Source of the DNA: Paraspadella gotoi
Taxonomy: Eukaryota; Animalia; Chaetognatha
Assembly: GCA_051294375.1 (NCBI GenBank)
Contig: CM119268.1
Location: 18,866,615-18,930,614 of the forward strand
Direction: 5' to 3'
Length of the DNA: 64,000 nucleotides
The position numbers and the translations under genes were made by a program. Positions within the stretch are counted from its first letter, which is position 1; each line of letters starts with the position of its first letter. This document shows positions 47,675 through 61,100 of the stretch, one piece after another. The notes under the pieces were generated by a model. It was not told the DNA's origin and made no database searches. It saw nothing but the letters and a program-made list of their open reading frames with translations.

Positions 47675-48379
47675 TTTTTTCTTTTCTTTTTTATCCTAAT
47701 TTCATCAAAACAAGTTTTTTTTTCTTTCATCTCTTCTGATTTTGGACGAGGAGAAAAACAAGTACGACGTCGGGGATGAACCAAAAACAAAAATGGTTTT
47801 CTTTTCTGTTTACCCAAATGAGATCGTGAAGAAGAGAAAGTTCACGGGGAGAAAAGTGTGAGACGACAAATGCAATGGGTTATGTGACATTATGAAAAGC
47901 TATCTTTTTCAAGACCAAGTGAAGCCACGATTTCCATCCGAAGGACGAGCTGGGTGATATTTTTATGTTGAATGCGTCCCATCATCTCATGGTGAGAAGA
48001 AGTGTGGAGCCCAACTGTTTGATGGCTCAGAGAATTCCCCCCCCCCTTCGATCATGTTTCCGAAAACACGGAAAGGAAGTCAGTAATGAAATGCAATAAA
48101 AATCGAATTTACATATAAATTCTGTGACTCCCATCCGACAGCGTTCACAGTGAAAAGTAGTCTGGCGAAATACGTTATCAAGATATTTTTTCCTTCCCTC
48201 GTTTCAAAGTTCGGCGTTAGATCTTAAAATTCTCATCGATTTTACTTTATTTTTATCTTTTTCGATATTTTATCTTTATTTTTGACGATATAACGCAGCC
48301 GCATACGCAGCCGCTGCCGCAGTGGCTGACGACGTTGAGGCCGCTTTTGCAGTCGCCTCCGGCGCCGATACTGACGCTG

Positions 48380-48426
48380 CGATGCCGATGCCGATGCCGA
48401 TGCCGATGCCGATGCCGATGCCGATG
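48380..48426. repeat. (GATGCC)n hexanucleotide repeat
   Basis: Directly visible, about 7-8 units. Confidence 0.9.
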
Positions 48427-49483
48427 GATAGTGGATATTCTTCATTTTGAGATGCTGTGGAAAATTTATATGATCATACTTACTTTTTTTAAATTTCTTT
48501 CTTTCTTTCTTTCTTTCCTTCTTTCTTTTTTTCTTTCTTTCCGTGCTCACATTTTGAACCAGACATCGCGAAAGGAAACAAAATTATGATTCACAGTGGA
48601 TCCCGATGCGAATGACCTTAGATGGAGCGTGAAAGCTCAGATCACAAAAGGTCGCGACTCGTGAACTCTGAGAGAATCGTGAGAGTGAGACAAACATCGA
48701 AACGGGAAACCGAATCTCTTTGGAGGTGGTGGGTCAAGGAAAGAAATACTACTCTCTCAGACCGGATTGTCGCCTTTATTTAGGCATTTATAATCATATT
48801 AAGCTCAAAATAGGCTCATTTGAATCAGAACAAGTTTATTTTTTATGGTATATTATTTTTTTCGATCTGTAAACTTTATTGAAATTAGAAAAGGTTTCGG
48901 CGACTTATATTCATTTTCCAAGATGATATTTTCTCGTCATTTTAAATTTCCAATCCTTTCTTTGACTCTGTCTCTCCCATAAGAAGATTACTGAAAAGAG
49001 AATAAAATGGAAAGAGAGAGAGAGAGAGAGAGAGANNNNNNNNNNNNNNNNNNNNNNNNNNNNNNNNNNNNNNNNNNNNNNNNNNNNNNNNNNNNNNNNN
49101 NNNNNNNNNNNNNNNNNNNNNNNNNNNNNNNNNNNNNNNNNNNNNNNNNNNNNNNNNNNNNNNNNNNNNNNNNNNNNNNNNNNNNNNNNNNNNNNNNNNN
49201 NNNGAGAGAGAGACGACTCATCGGAAAATTTCCCTTCACTCATGAGTTTTAAGCTGACGAAGCGACAGAAGTCGTCGTCTTCGTCGTCGTCGTCTTCGTC
49301 ATCATCGTCGTCGTCGTCTTCATCATCTTTTTTAGCCTCTCATTTCCCCTAACTTCTCTTTTTCTCACTTTTTTCTTTAGCCAAAGATTTTTGTTTATTT
49401 TGATTAGCGATGACGATGAAAAAGCCCGAAGCAAATGAAATGCTTTTCATGTTTCTTTTCATGTGCTTTTTTTTTTCTTCAAA

Positions 49484-49623
49484 ATGGGTATTTTTCAAGA
49501 CGACGAACTGCTGCTTCGACTGCACAAGAATCTCGCTCATAATTCTCAACACAATTTTGCATCGTAGGAGTCGCATCCATCGCCGTTGGTAAGCTGACAA
49601 AGAGAAGAGAGAGGAGGAGAGAG

Positions 49624-49685
<62 letters not shown>

Positions 49686-49811
49686 GAATCGATCGAGATT
49701 CGTTTTCCGTCTTTCCATCCAGGCATTTCGATGGTCTTCAAAGCTGAGTGGTTCATGTCGTTTGTTCACATAGATGGCAATAGACTACATCGAGCCGGAT
49801 GTTTCGCTAAA
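49484..49811 (+). CDS. Tetraspanin-like membrane protein, N-terminal exons (49484-49588; 49723-~49811)
   Basis: Allowing two compensating T-homopolymer indels gives MGIFKTTNCCFDCTRISLIILNTIFCIVGVASIAV/GISMVFKAEWFMSFV. Juxtamembrane cysteines and a TM1 with the N-x-x-F..G..G pattern fit tetraspanins. The donor is GTAAG and the acceptor is pyrimidine-CAG. Confidence 0.45.
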
Positions 49812-50023
49812 GTGAAAGTTTCAAGATTTGATGATTGCGTCAGGTGAAATAGTATAAGGAAAACAATAGAAAATCAAAAAACTAAAAAGAAAAAAAACAG
49901 GGCTAATCACTTTTTTCACTTAAATTCANNNNNNNNNNNNNNNNNNNNNNNNNTTCCTTTGCATGTTTGGACGCTAATTGCCTCCCCTCTCTATATCTTT
50001 CTCTCTCTCTCTCTCTCTCTCCT

Positions 50024-50093
<70 letters not shown>

Positions 50094-50380
50094 CTCTCTT
50101 CTCTCTCTCCGTTTCAGTTAGCATCATTTCATTGGATCATCCGTCGTCGTTGTTTATCGCGTATATGTAATCATCGTGATCATTGTCTTCGTCATTCCTC
50201 ATCGTCATCATCGTCCTCTTTATCGTCCATCATCGTTTCATCGTCATCAATCGTCAATGATTCATCGCCTATTGAATGTGATCGTCGCCCGCCGGTCTCG
50301 TTTTTTAAACGATCTTGGTGAAATGACACCGAACGAGGAAGCCCATGTCAGCAACTCTCTCCTACTCCTCTCCTCTCTCT

Positions 50381-50444
<64 letters not shown>

Positions 50445-51500
50445 CTTCGATAGGATGACTACCAAACTATCACCGAGTGCTGAGATCAAAAGCTGCCAAG
50501 CCAAACTACTCCTTCGAACCATATTTCTGGCGGGATTTATTTAGCCTTTCGATTGAATTTTTCAAAAAACATTTTGCCCACGGATCGCTCACTTCGGCAA
50601 CTCACATCAAATCTATATATATATATCTCTGTATAATAAACAAATTCAGAGCATTTGATTCTATATTATGATTCCTTTTATTAAGTTCTTAAATTTGTCA
50701 TGTTGGCAAGGTAAGTTACGTTGAGATTCAATCAAGTATTAAGATCGTTCTTTTCTTAGACCCAAGGCTATATCTCTACACGATATCAGCGGCTGACACA
50801 ATGAACAAATATGTATATATATCTGCTTAAATCTAAGTTTTTGTTCTTCACAACTACGGGCAACCGTATATATGTTTGACGCGCTTACATACTGGACATA
50901 TATCCCTATACACTTACTTCGCCGGCGGAAATACACGAGTCTCTCACCGAAAAATAAGAAGACTTATGTCGCCAAAGCTATCGAAAAATCACCGATTTGT
51001 TCAGACAAGAGCTCTCTGACATCTCCCAACCCTAGGTGCTCGAAGACTGGCTTTACGCTTACTTACTATATTCCATTATTTTTCTTATCGAACGTAATAT
51101 CCAAAGCTTAACTTATTATCCAGCTAACTAGTTCTCGATAATCTATTATCCTAAATAACAAAAAATATCCTGATATTATTCTTTCATTGCTAAACAAAAA
51201 ATATTTCCTCACAAACGTCCTCTACTTCTCAAATTTCTCTTTCTAACTTCGCCTGTTTTCTTCTAATATTTTTTTCGTGCTTCTTATCTCTTTTTCTTCT
51301 TTCCTTTTTTCCCTCTCTTTCAGTTTCTTGTAAAATATGTTTCTGTTCTGTATCTTTCTGTTCTATTTGTTTCTTGTTCTCTTCATTATCATTTTGTCTC
51401 TTATTTTCTGCGTCCAACCCTTACGGACCGGTTTTATTTTCCCTCTCTTTCCTCTTTTCGTCCTCCTCCCAACTTCCCTCTCCGCTCCAGATCTTCCTTA

Positions 51501-54500
51501 TTCATGGGCGTTGATTCTGTTCCGTGCTGGGAGTCACGAACGACCGGCTTCGAGGATTCTTCGAGACGCTAACGACTCGCACCTTGGGAGGGCCATGCTC
51601 CTCACTCAACTACCCACCAACCGAGCACTTCCAGCTCAATTCTTTCACAAGCCACCACCCATGTCGTCGTGGGCTCTGCAGCACAAAGAAAAGAAAAAAT
51701 ATAGGATAACAAGTTATGCCAAGCAGTCGAGATAGGTAACGACAAACAATAAGACGATGAATCATCACTCATGTGTCTATACTAGGCGGATTACGAGGTA
51801 TGAATGGTTTTGGAGAGTGAACTTGTGGTATAGTGAAACCAGGTTGTGGATGCTATGAAATAATATTGTTTGCGTGGGTTCCTTTTGTCGTAGATTTGAT
51901 TATTTAACTTAAGCTGTTATCACATCAATTAAATGTATTTTCCAAAGTTGTTTAATAATAAAAAAACGATACATAACATAACTTTGAATACAAGCATCAG
52001 AGTAACGGGTTTATCAATATAACAGCCGAAAAAAAGGACTGGATCGGAACACCATCACTAATAACAAATTCTTTAAAAACAGAAGTCTGGATATACATAT
52101 AAAACCATCACCTATTTCATAAAATAGGTTGTTGAAATAAAGCCAAAAGTACCTCAGTAAACAAGATGCAAAAAATAAGGTGAATTTGATGAGAACAGGT
52201 TAAAGGTGATTTTTTGCTATTAATTCCCATTCTTGTTAAGCTAGTGGAAAATGTGTTTCTCGTGATTCCTCGTTCGATCAATGCATGTCTTGATTCTCTT
52301 GAGTTGTTTCAAAGCGCATTAGATGATTTCGGTGTCGAGAGAGAGATTCGACGAATGATGTAGTGTAGTTAAAAGCGGGTCTAGTGCACGTTAATATATA
52401 GAAAATATACGAGGTCGGGATATTTTCTTAAAAGTGTTAAAAAGTATTTATAAAAAAAGAGAGAGAAAGAAGTAAGATATAAAAAGGCTACAAATATGCA
52501 GAGATGAGAGTTGAAGGAATCGATCTAAAGTATATTTTTTCAGGGCATTTCGATGGAAGGACATTGGATTGCGGTGATGAATGAATTCTCATCGCGACCA
52601 TATCCCCCGAGGTTTGATGAGCTGAAAAAAAAGAAAATTCTAGTGGAGTCAATTCGCTCTTCCATGCTGGCAGGAAGAAGGAGATTGGCATCGTTCCCCA
52701 AAGCGAACGAGACATGGAATCTCCTGTACCTTTGAGCACACGGTGGCATGAAACAAGCATTTCCTCCTGGGCAAGGCCACGCCTTTCCGTCGGTGCCCAG
52801 CATAGCCCTAACCGCCGAGCGTGAAGTGTGGCGGCAGAGAGGAGGAGATGGATTCTTCAAAGAGACCAGGAAAGGACTGGGAAAGAGGGAAAGGGCTGAC
52901 AAGGATTGCGGCACGGTGCGAGGGCATGCAAATCGTTTTACAAAGATTATAAAGAAGAGTTTATGTGTAAAAGCGGAGTTCAGTGTCGTTATACTTAATT
53001 GCTTACATACTATAAGATGGCAAACGGAACATTACGGATTAAGTTAACGAGATCTCGAAGAATTATGTTTCGGACCTATTATGATATCTACAGAATGTGT
53101 AATGTATAATGATGTCGGTAGGTTAATAGAGGTATAGAAAGAAAAACTAAATAGAAGAAAATCAAAAAATAACAAGACTAAAATAAAGAAAATTTATATA
53201 TTAATCTCAAACAGAGTACATGCGGCGTGGCTTATGATCGGAGGGGCTTTTCAATAATTCTCTTGCAAATGATGAAATAAAAAATATATATTATGTGTTT
53301 GATTAGTAATTTGTTTTTAATTTATTATATATATTTTTTTTAAAAACTTCAAAATCTCTTACAATCACGGCGAACAAAAGCATCAGTACCGGATTTAAAG
53401 AATGAATCATTATTTAGGAATATTATACATAATTGTATTACACTAGTTATTAAAAAAAATAAAAACCTCATAGACAAAAAAACAGAAAAAGCATGAGTTA
53501 GCTGGTTCAGATTTATTGAGAAGTTTCGAAATAAAGTGATTTTCGTCTAAAATACTCTAGACCTGTTTGCTTAATGCTCTTACCTTTTTTCTCATGTTAT
53601 CTCTGTCCTCTTTATGCTCTAATTATGGGCGTCACACATAGGTCTTATATAGTTCTCTCCTTCCCTACTCTGCCGAGAACCCATTCTACTACGGTGTCCT
53701 TCTTGGTTACACTCTTCTCGTCTTTTTTCTTTTGCTCGGTTTACTGCCAACCTCTCCTCAGAAATCTCAACATTCGCCTGGATTACGTCCTCTGTGCCTC
53801 GGGCGCCCTCCTCTGGTTCATCTTCATGCGTGCTTGGCCTCTTTGTAGAGCAGACCAGTGTACTACTCTATGCTCCTGAGCTTCTCATCGAAGCGACACG
53901 TCTTGGGCAACCCCTCAATGCATAACCGTCACTTGCCCGAGCCCTGCTATCACTCATCATACATCCGGTCAGGTGAGAGCTTTAACTCTTCTGGGCAATA
54001 GCTGAATAGTTCAGACTCTTATTCCTTCTTCTGATCTAAACGCGATCTCATACTTGCTTGTCTCTTGTTTATCATCTCGTGCGACTTTTTTTCTCTTTCC
54101 TTTTTTTGTTAAAAGATGTTTTTGTTCTCTGGCTCTTTTAGGTAATGATACGGCGGAGGATCTGGAAATTCATCGGGTAGTACTCTATTACTACGATGAG
54201 ATGGATTAGTTAGACTTAAGTACTAAACACTAAGAAAATCCATGGCGCACTAATAATATATCTCATAATATCAAGGAGATATCATATGTATAACTATTCA
54301 ACTGAGCCGACTGATCCGACGACTCAAGCGAATCCCCGTTTTGAAAGCATATATATGACTGCTCTTTCATCAAAAATTGTGCTCAAAAATTACGTGATCA
54401 TACACCCCTATTATCCATCATTAAATATATATTGCTCTAGCACTCGTACCTTCATCTCCTCCCTCTACTCATCTCCTATCACCCTCTCTCTACTCTCTAT

Positions 54501-57040
54501 CCTCTCTCTCTTCTCTAAGTACTACTCGTCTTCATCACATCATCATTCCGGATCATCTATACTTCATATACATCGGCTCTCTTCTCTCTCTCTCATCGTG
54601 CCCAGTGATACCTAATACTACTCATCACTCATCTCTCTCTCATCTGCACTTCCTCATCTCTCAATACTCTCTCTCGATCCCACTCTCTCATTCAACTCAT
54701 ACCAAAACACGGTCTGTACGCCTCTCTCTCGGTGACATCACACCGCATTCGCGTGTCGCTGTCGTCCAAAAACACTGAAGTGCTACAAAGTATATATAAA
54801 AAATCAATCGCTACTCCAATCCCCGGCCGCTCAAATTGGAACAAATACTCAAAAGACGCGTGCGGTAAGTAGCACGAGGATTCCGTCGATGAAAAACCTA
54901 CCGGTCCGTGGATCGAACGGACCGTTCGAGTGCACCGAGAAAAAGCTTCCGAGAAATTTCTCAAAGAGGGTAAGTTTAAAATGGAGACTTGTTCTGTATG
55001 TTGGTAATTTACAGTTTTGACTGTCTGTGACTAATGACCCGGGATTTTCACTGGCAAGCCATCTTATAGTGTTCAGGAATCACTCCACAAACCTCTAATA
55101 CGAACCTTTAACGCGACTCACCCTCAACTTCGTCCCGCTGCATCATCCCCAACGAGAATGCCAAGAAGTCGGGATTTACATCGAGGGCTTCCCCTTCTCG
55201 CTCCATTGATCAACTACCTGCAACGGAGTGCTGCAAGGTAAGATTCGGAGATGCATGGGGGGGAAGTGGAGCACAGGGCAGTGATATGCAGCCAAGGTGG
55301 GCTGTATGATGATTTTCTTCGAGTTCACTTGTCTGAGGGCTTATGAGTAAAAAGAGCGCCCATTTTTTTATCCGTTTCCTTGGCACCAAATATAAACTTA
55401 TTATAGACATTTAACGAAATTTAAAAAAAAAGTGTTGTTTTTTTTTTAGCGTGTGGAACAGTTATAGAGTCACCAGGCATTGAATCATGACTCTCCGGGC
55501 GGCGGCTGGGGTTCGAACTTCGAGACGACCCGATGGTAATTGCATCAGTGAATTCGAGTTTCTTAATCCCGGTTGGCCATTCACACCCCCCCGGATAGTT
55601 GTCATCCTGAATTCGTATATGCGAATTCTTTTTAGTCGCTTTTCCTTCTCCTCCCTTTTTCTTCTCTCTCTTTCGAACGAGAAGAATCGCAATCCCTTCT
55701 TTTCTGCTAATGGCAAAATTGAGTCTTAATAAATGGGCAAAAAATCACGACCCGAATGGTAAATCCTTAGAAAACGGCATTTTTTTAGAATCGGAGAAGA
55801 TCGATGACTGTTTGTGGTTTGTCATTCGTCGTTAAAAGTTAGTTACGTAGTTAAGTAAATTTAGTGGAAATCGTTTATTGCTACAAGAAAAGAAACAGTC
55901 TGTTTAAGCGGAAAACATGGAAAAAGCGGCAACGTCTGTCAACATCGAGTGTCGTTCATTCTTTCTCGTTCGTTATAAAAAAATACGAATTTTAACGAAT
56001 TTATATCACGCCATTGTAAATTAATTATGTTTAAAATTCTCACCCGCTCGTATAGAAAACAGGCCACGTCGTTGGCCACTTGGACATTTATTTTAATCAA
56101 AACGGCGCTCTTACACCGGAAAAAAAATCTATCTTTAGTTAAACCGGTTTAAAACCTCTTTTGAGTGTTCCGACTCAGCCCCATGCCATTCACCCGTCGT
56201 AATCAGGCATCGGCGGCAAATCTGCCGCATGGATTCCCCAACCCGAGTGACTTACCACAGACTTCAAACCTCGTTTACTCGATCATCAAATCCCGCCGTT
56301 CGCCGCCAAGACCTAACGACGACAAGATAGTGCGGCCGATCTGGCTCCTCAAAGCCGCTGACCTTCGGCCGAGCACGATTACAAAGTCGGTCATCCAAGG
56401 TGAGTTTAGGTATCGTGGGTCAAATTTTAATGCCGTTTTTTAATTTTGATATTTAAAATCTCATACAGAAGGTTTTTATAAACAATTTTCCTCAGTAATT
56501 AATTTTCGGCTCTGAGACAAATTATAAGTATATCGACCCCAATCATCGGCCACGGTCTTCTTCCGCCGCCGGCAAGCTGGCCTTACTAGAAACAGGTACG
56601 CGAAGAACGCCCTGGCCAAGATCTTCGTCAAGATGCAGGGCGCACATCCGCAAACTCTTTCGGTCAAACTCACCTTCCGATAAGAAGATCGCCTAGAAAA
56701 CAGGGCCATCGCCTTCCATCCAGAGAAACATCCACAGTAGGTCTCCGTCCACTTTAGCCAATTACTCCAATTAATTTGCAGTCATTCATTTATTTTCTCT
56801 TCTCTCTCTCTCCTCTCTCTCTTCTTCTCTCTCTCTCTTCTCTCTCTCTCGTCTCCTCTCTCTCTCTCTACTCTCTCTCTCGTTCTCTCTATCTCTCTCT
56901 CTTCATCCAGATCTACTACCCGCGTTCGTGACTGGGAAAAATGGATGCCAGTTTTATCAGGCGATTATCTGCGGCGAAACCTGAACAATGCTGGAAGAAG
57001 AACCAGGCGGTGAGCGCGCTAAACGCTAAACTCATGCAGG
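51501..57040 (+). CDS. Mhc: Class II myosin heavy chain, motor/converter/IQ exons at raw-read quality (~51501-51712, 52544-52915, 54710-54969, 55077-55237, 56207-56399, 56555-56737, 56911-57040)
   Basis: Reading through insertions recovers these motifs in the expected order: AGFEIFE..INYTNE.LQQFFNHHMFVLEQEEY (switch II/relay); [132 protein letters not shown]. Confidence 0.85.
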
Positions 57041-57359
57041 TCCAGGGCGCCGACGTTATTTCCTTTAATTCAATAAATAAATACTAAAATTTTAAAAATA
57101 TTATTATTATTATTATTATAATTATATTATTATTATTTTTCATTTTTTTAGGAAGAATTGATAAGATCAACGGTCGTCATCTGTCATCTCTGCCATCGCT
57201 GCATAGGGAGGGGAAGCTGATAAGGTGTCTTCTTTCATTTTATATGAAACTATTTTTTTTTTACCAATCAATTCTTAAAAGCTATATTTTTTTTCAGCAC
57301 TATCATAGTTTTGTAGCTTATGTTTTGTTTTTCCTTTGCGATGGCGTGGGCCGTCATTC

Positions 57360-58071
57360 TGAAGGAGCCAACGAGACAAAGAGAAGAGCTTTGAAGAAAA
57401 ACTTCAAAGGCTTGCTATTCCGTACGAGAAGAAGTATGTTTTTTCGTAGTAGCCCGATATTTTTTTTAAATATTTATGTTTTGTCTCGTTTTATTATTAA
57501 TTCACCCACCACCGACCTTTTTTAATCATTATATTAATTGTGTTTATCTATTCCTGACTAAACGTACCTATATCTAAAAATTATATCAGACTCACCGTTT
57601 TTTAAAAGTTTACCTACAAATCAAAATCATCCACTTCAATTCAAACAATCATTTCAAATTCAATCGCAGAAAATCGGGAGCTCTATTCCGTGTGAGATCA
57701 AAGTCTTCAAGACCGAGTTACGTCTGCTGACACTGAAAAAACTGCGGCGCCTACCGGCACAAGAAGGAGCGAGTGTTGGCGAGTCTCTGAAATTAAATGA
57801 ATTATTTAGTAACATATTATAATTATTATTTTAATTAGTATTCTCAAGTTACTTAATTTTACGCCGTGCAGCTAGGGAAAGCAGCGGGAAGCAGCGCGGA
57901 AAGAAGATTCGGAATTGTGGCGCGGAAATGGAAAAGAAGGAACAAAGACGAAAACTGAGAAGGGAGAAATGACTGAAACTGAGAGACAGCATGGAGCCCG
58001 ACCAGAAAAGCGGTGATTGAAGGTCGTGAAAAGGGTTAAAGGGTGAGTGCAGAGAGTGAAGACCAGCAATA

Positions 58072-58143
<72 letters not shown>

Positions 58144-61100
58144 TAATAATAATAACCAGCTTATTCTTAGGTTAAGAGACATTAAGAAACCAAATTTTTA
58201 AAATAAATCTTTAACAATAATTTAAAACACTTTGTAAAATATAAACGGGTATAGAGCTTTGTCTATTTGTCCATTAGCGTTATTTGTCAAAGTTTTCCTA
58301 TCGAAGTTGCTAACCATCATTCCGAGAGTTACGATAAAATATTTGTTTATTTCTTTTATATAATTCATAAAGGTTTCTTGAGTTAATTTATTCATTTATC
58401 CTTATCTGAAAAGTTTATATGTGTGTTAATTTTGGCCACGACACATCCAGACCCCGCAACACTCTGATCATCACCGGCTCTCCCACGCTGAGGAAGCAAC
58501 GCGATATCGGGGCTCGGAAGATGGATGCGCTAGAGAGGCTTCGCGTTTGGGCACGAGGGGAGGGCCGAGGTCTGTCAGGTACTGTTCAGTTCGCTCCTGA
58601 ATAGATCCGCGGTTCGCGTCAGCAGGACATCTACGTCAGCTGAGCATATCAAGAAAAACTTGCGAAAACACAATGGAGGGCCTTAGTCTATTTGCCCGTA
58701 GATGTTAGAAGTTGCAGTTATGGAAATATAAAATGGGCTGAAGAGGATTCGTAGCGATGAGCAGATAAATATAGCAGTACGAGGTACTGGCTTTACTAAT
58801 GAGAGATAGTTTTTTTTAGCTTGAGTGGCAAGGTACAGCATTAAAAGTATAAATTTATTAATATAAAATTAAAAAAATAATAAATTAAATGGATACTGTA
58901 GTTCAATATCTTCGCAACGTATGTCCACTACCGAGGTAACCTCACACAGTTGTCGAGCTGGTAGAAAACAAAGTTTATGTACAAACAACGGACTTGCATG
59001 ATTTGCGGGAGTCACCATCATCGCTAACTAAGCAAAAACACAACATTGTAGATTTCATTTTAGCCATCTGAGTAGACAGAGCATAATCACAATACTTGAA
59101 CGCGACAGTCACTATATGTCTGCAGCAATAAAATTATTCTCAGTCCACATATTGGAGAAAACAACAAAAGGCAACTCTGCATTCAATACAGGTGCAGCAC
59201 GTCGCGTATCTGGCAAATGCGTCTGCCCGTCCATGCATTGTAACTTCGAACCTATTGTCGGCTAAGATGCATTAAAGCGGTACTTTAAGATTCTAACGCA
59301 TTCGGATCGGTGAGTCGTCCGTTCTGCACGGGCACAGAGGAAAGAAGAAGGACAATTATAATATCTAAGAACCAAATGTACTTTCAATACTGGCATTCCT
59401 AAGTTTACAGAAAATGGCACTTCGCAACCACTGGCACTTCTGGCATTTGGCTCCATGTGAGAACTGCACACACAAAGGCTTCGACAGTGCGACACAAAGA
59501 GCAAGACAGAAACAAACAGACAGCACATCCTGCGATGAAAAAAAGAAATACCACATGTCGCTCGATATTTCTTCGGGCTGCCCAATACGTCCCGAGATCT
59601 GGTATTCATAGTAGTGGCTGGAGTAAATCCTAATCACAAACGTTGGGAGACTTCGGTCTCGGAAAATGTAGAATGGAGTAACAAATTCCTCTGTTGGCAA
59701 TGGTGAGATTATCAAATACAAAGATAATTCCCCATCTAGTAAGTCCTTTTCTGTATGACCTTTCTATATCCATCGCCTCTCGATGAAGTTGGTAGACGGT
59801 GAGAAATTAATATCATGAGAATAAGAAGCACTGTGGAATGTGGTGGATGGCAACGGAATAAGGACAGCGAGACGGATGAAAAGGCAGAAGAAAGAAGAAA
59901 GGTGTGATGGAGGAAAGGCAGGAGAGGAAAGAGCAATACATTAAGGATTTGTTTAATGAAAGAATAATGTTGTACAACCGATATTAACAAATTATCCATT
60001 CATCTATCAAAGACAAATTATAGAATATGAAGGCATACCCAGGTCATGCTGCTTGGATGTATCCCTACTAACTCCGTGGTTAAGCAAATCGCGTTACATG
60101 GAAAGACAGCCGTTTATAAAACGATATGAAGATTTTCGAAAGTCGAAGAAAGAGCACTCTGAATCAACTACAGCAATCACACTTGTTACAAACTAATATA
60201 ATAAAACAACTAAAGCATAGGATCGTATCTCTGTAGTGGCACCAAACGACGCGAGCACAAACCCTATAAACCGGAACATATCGACTCTACGAAGACCGAC
60301 ACGGGTATCCCATGTTCAAAGTACAACACTAGTCTCCATTTGTAAAACTATTCATCAGCTCCCAGCTGAAACCTGCTTCCCTAATCAATTGAAGTCGGGT
60401 ATAATATTTCAAAATAATGTTTCAATTGGATGGGACCATATAATTTGGCGCGACGGATGGAAAAAGGGAGATCGATAAATGACAACACCTTACTCCCTTA
60501 TAGTATATTAATCGAATCAGAAACGTACATAAAACTATGTGGACTGAAGGAGAAAAACAATACTTACAGACTATGGTGAAGAGGAGTCACCGATCCCGCC
60601 ATGCTACGTGCGCCGCACTAGCATCAAAAATACAAGGAAGCTGAACTGGACCTCGGATTCGAAAAATAGTAAAAATTAACGACCTGAAATGACGATCTAA
60701 CCAACAAACGAGGCACGGATATGCCTCGGGAAGAATACTAGTCAAAAAAAAACTGAGCGAGCCCCAACAGCGTTATTAAAAAATTATCCCAGTTTGCAAT
60801 GTCGAAAAAATATAAACAGCACTGCAAAAAACACGAAAAAAGCTAATTACTATATATGTATATACCAATAATATACTCTGAGCACCTTCTCGGGGCTGTA
60901 CATTGAGAAAGCGAGCTGCTTGTCACGTATGGAATGCAGAAGCTGTCTCAATGCCCTTCACTCAAGTTCAACCCGAAATTCCACTCTACGCCGCCAAACC
61001 AACGTCGGCGATACACTGAACATATGCAGAGTCTCACTGTCCCTGCGCGCAAGGCTTTCACACGTGCCACAAACGCCATGGTCGTGCCCAGCCTTCTGGC

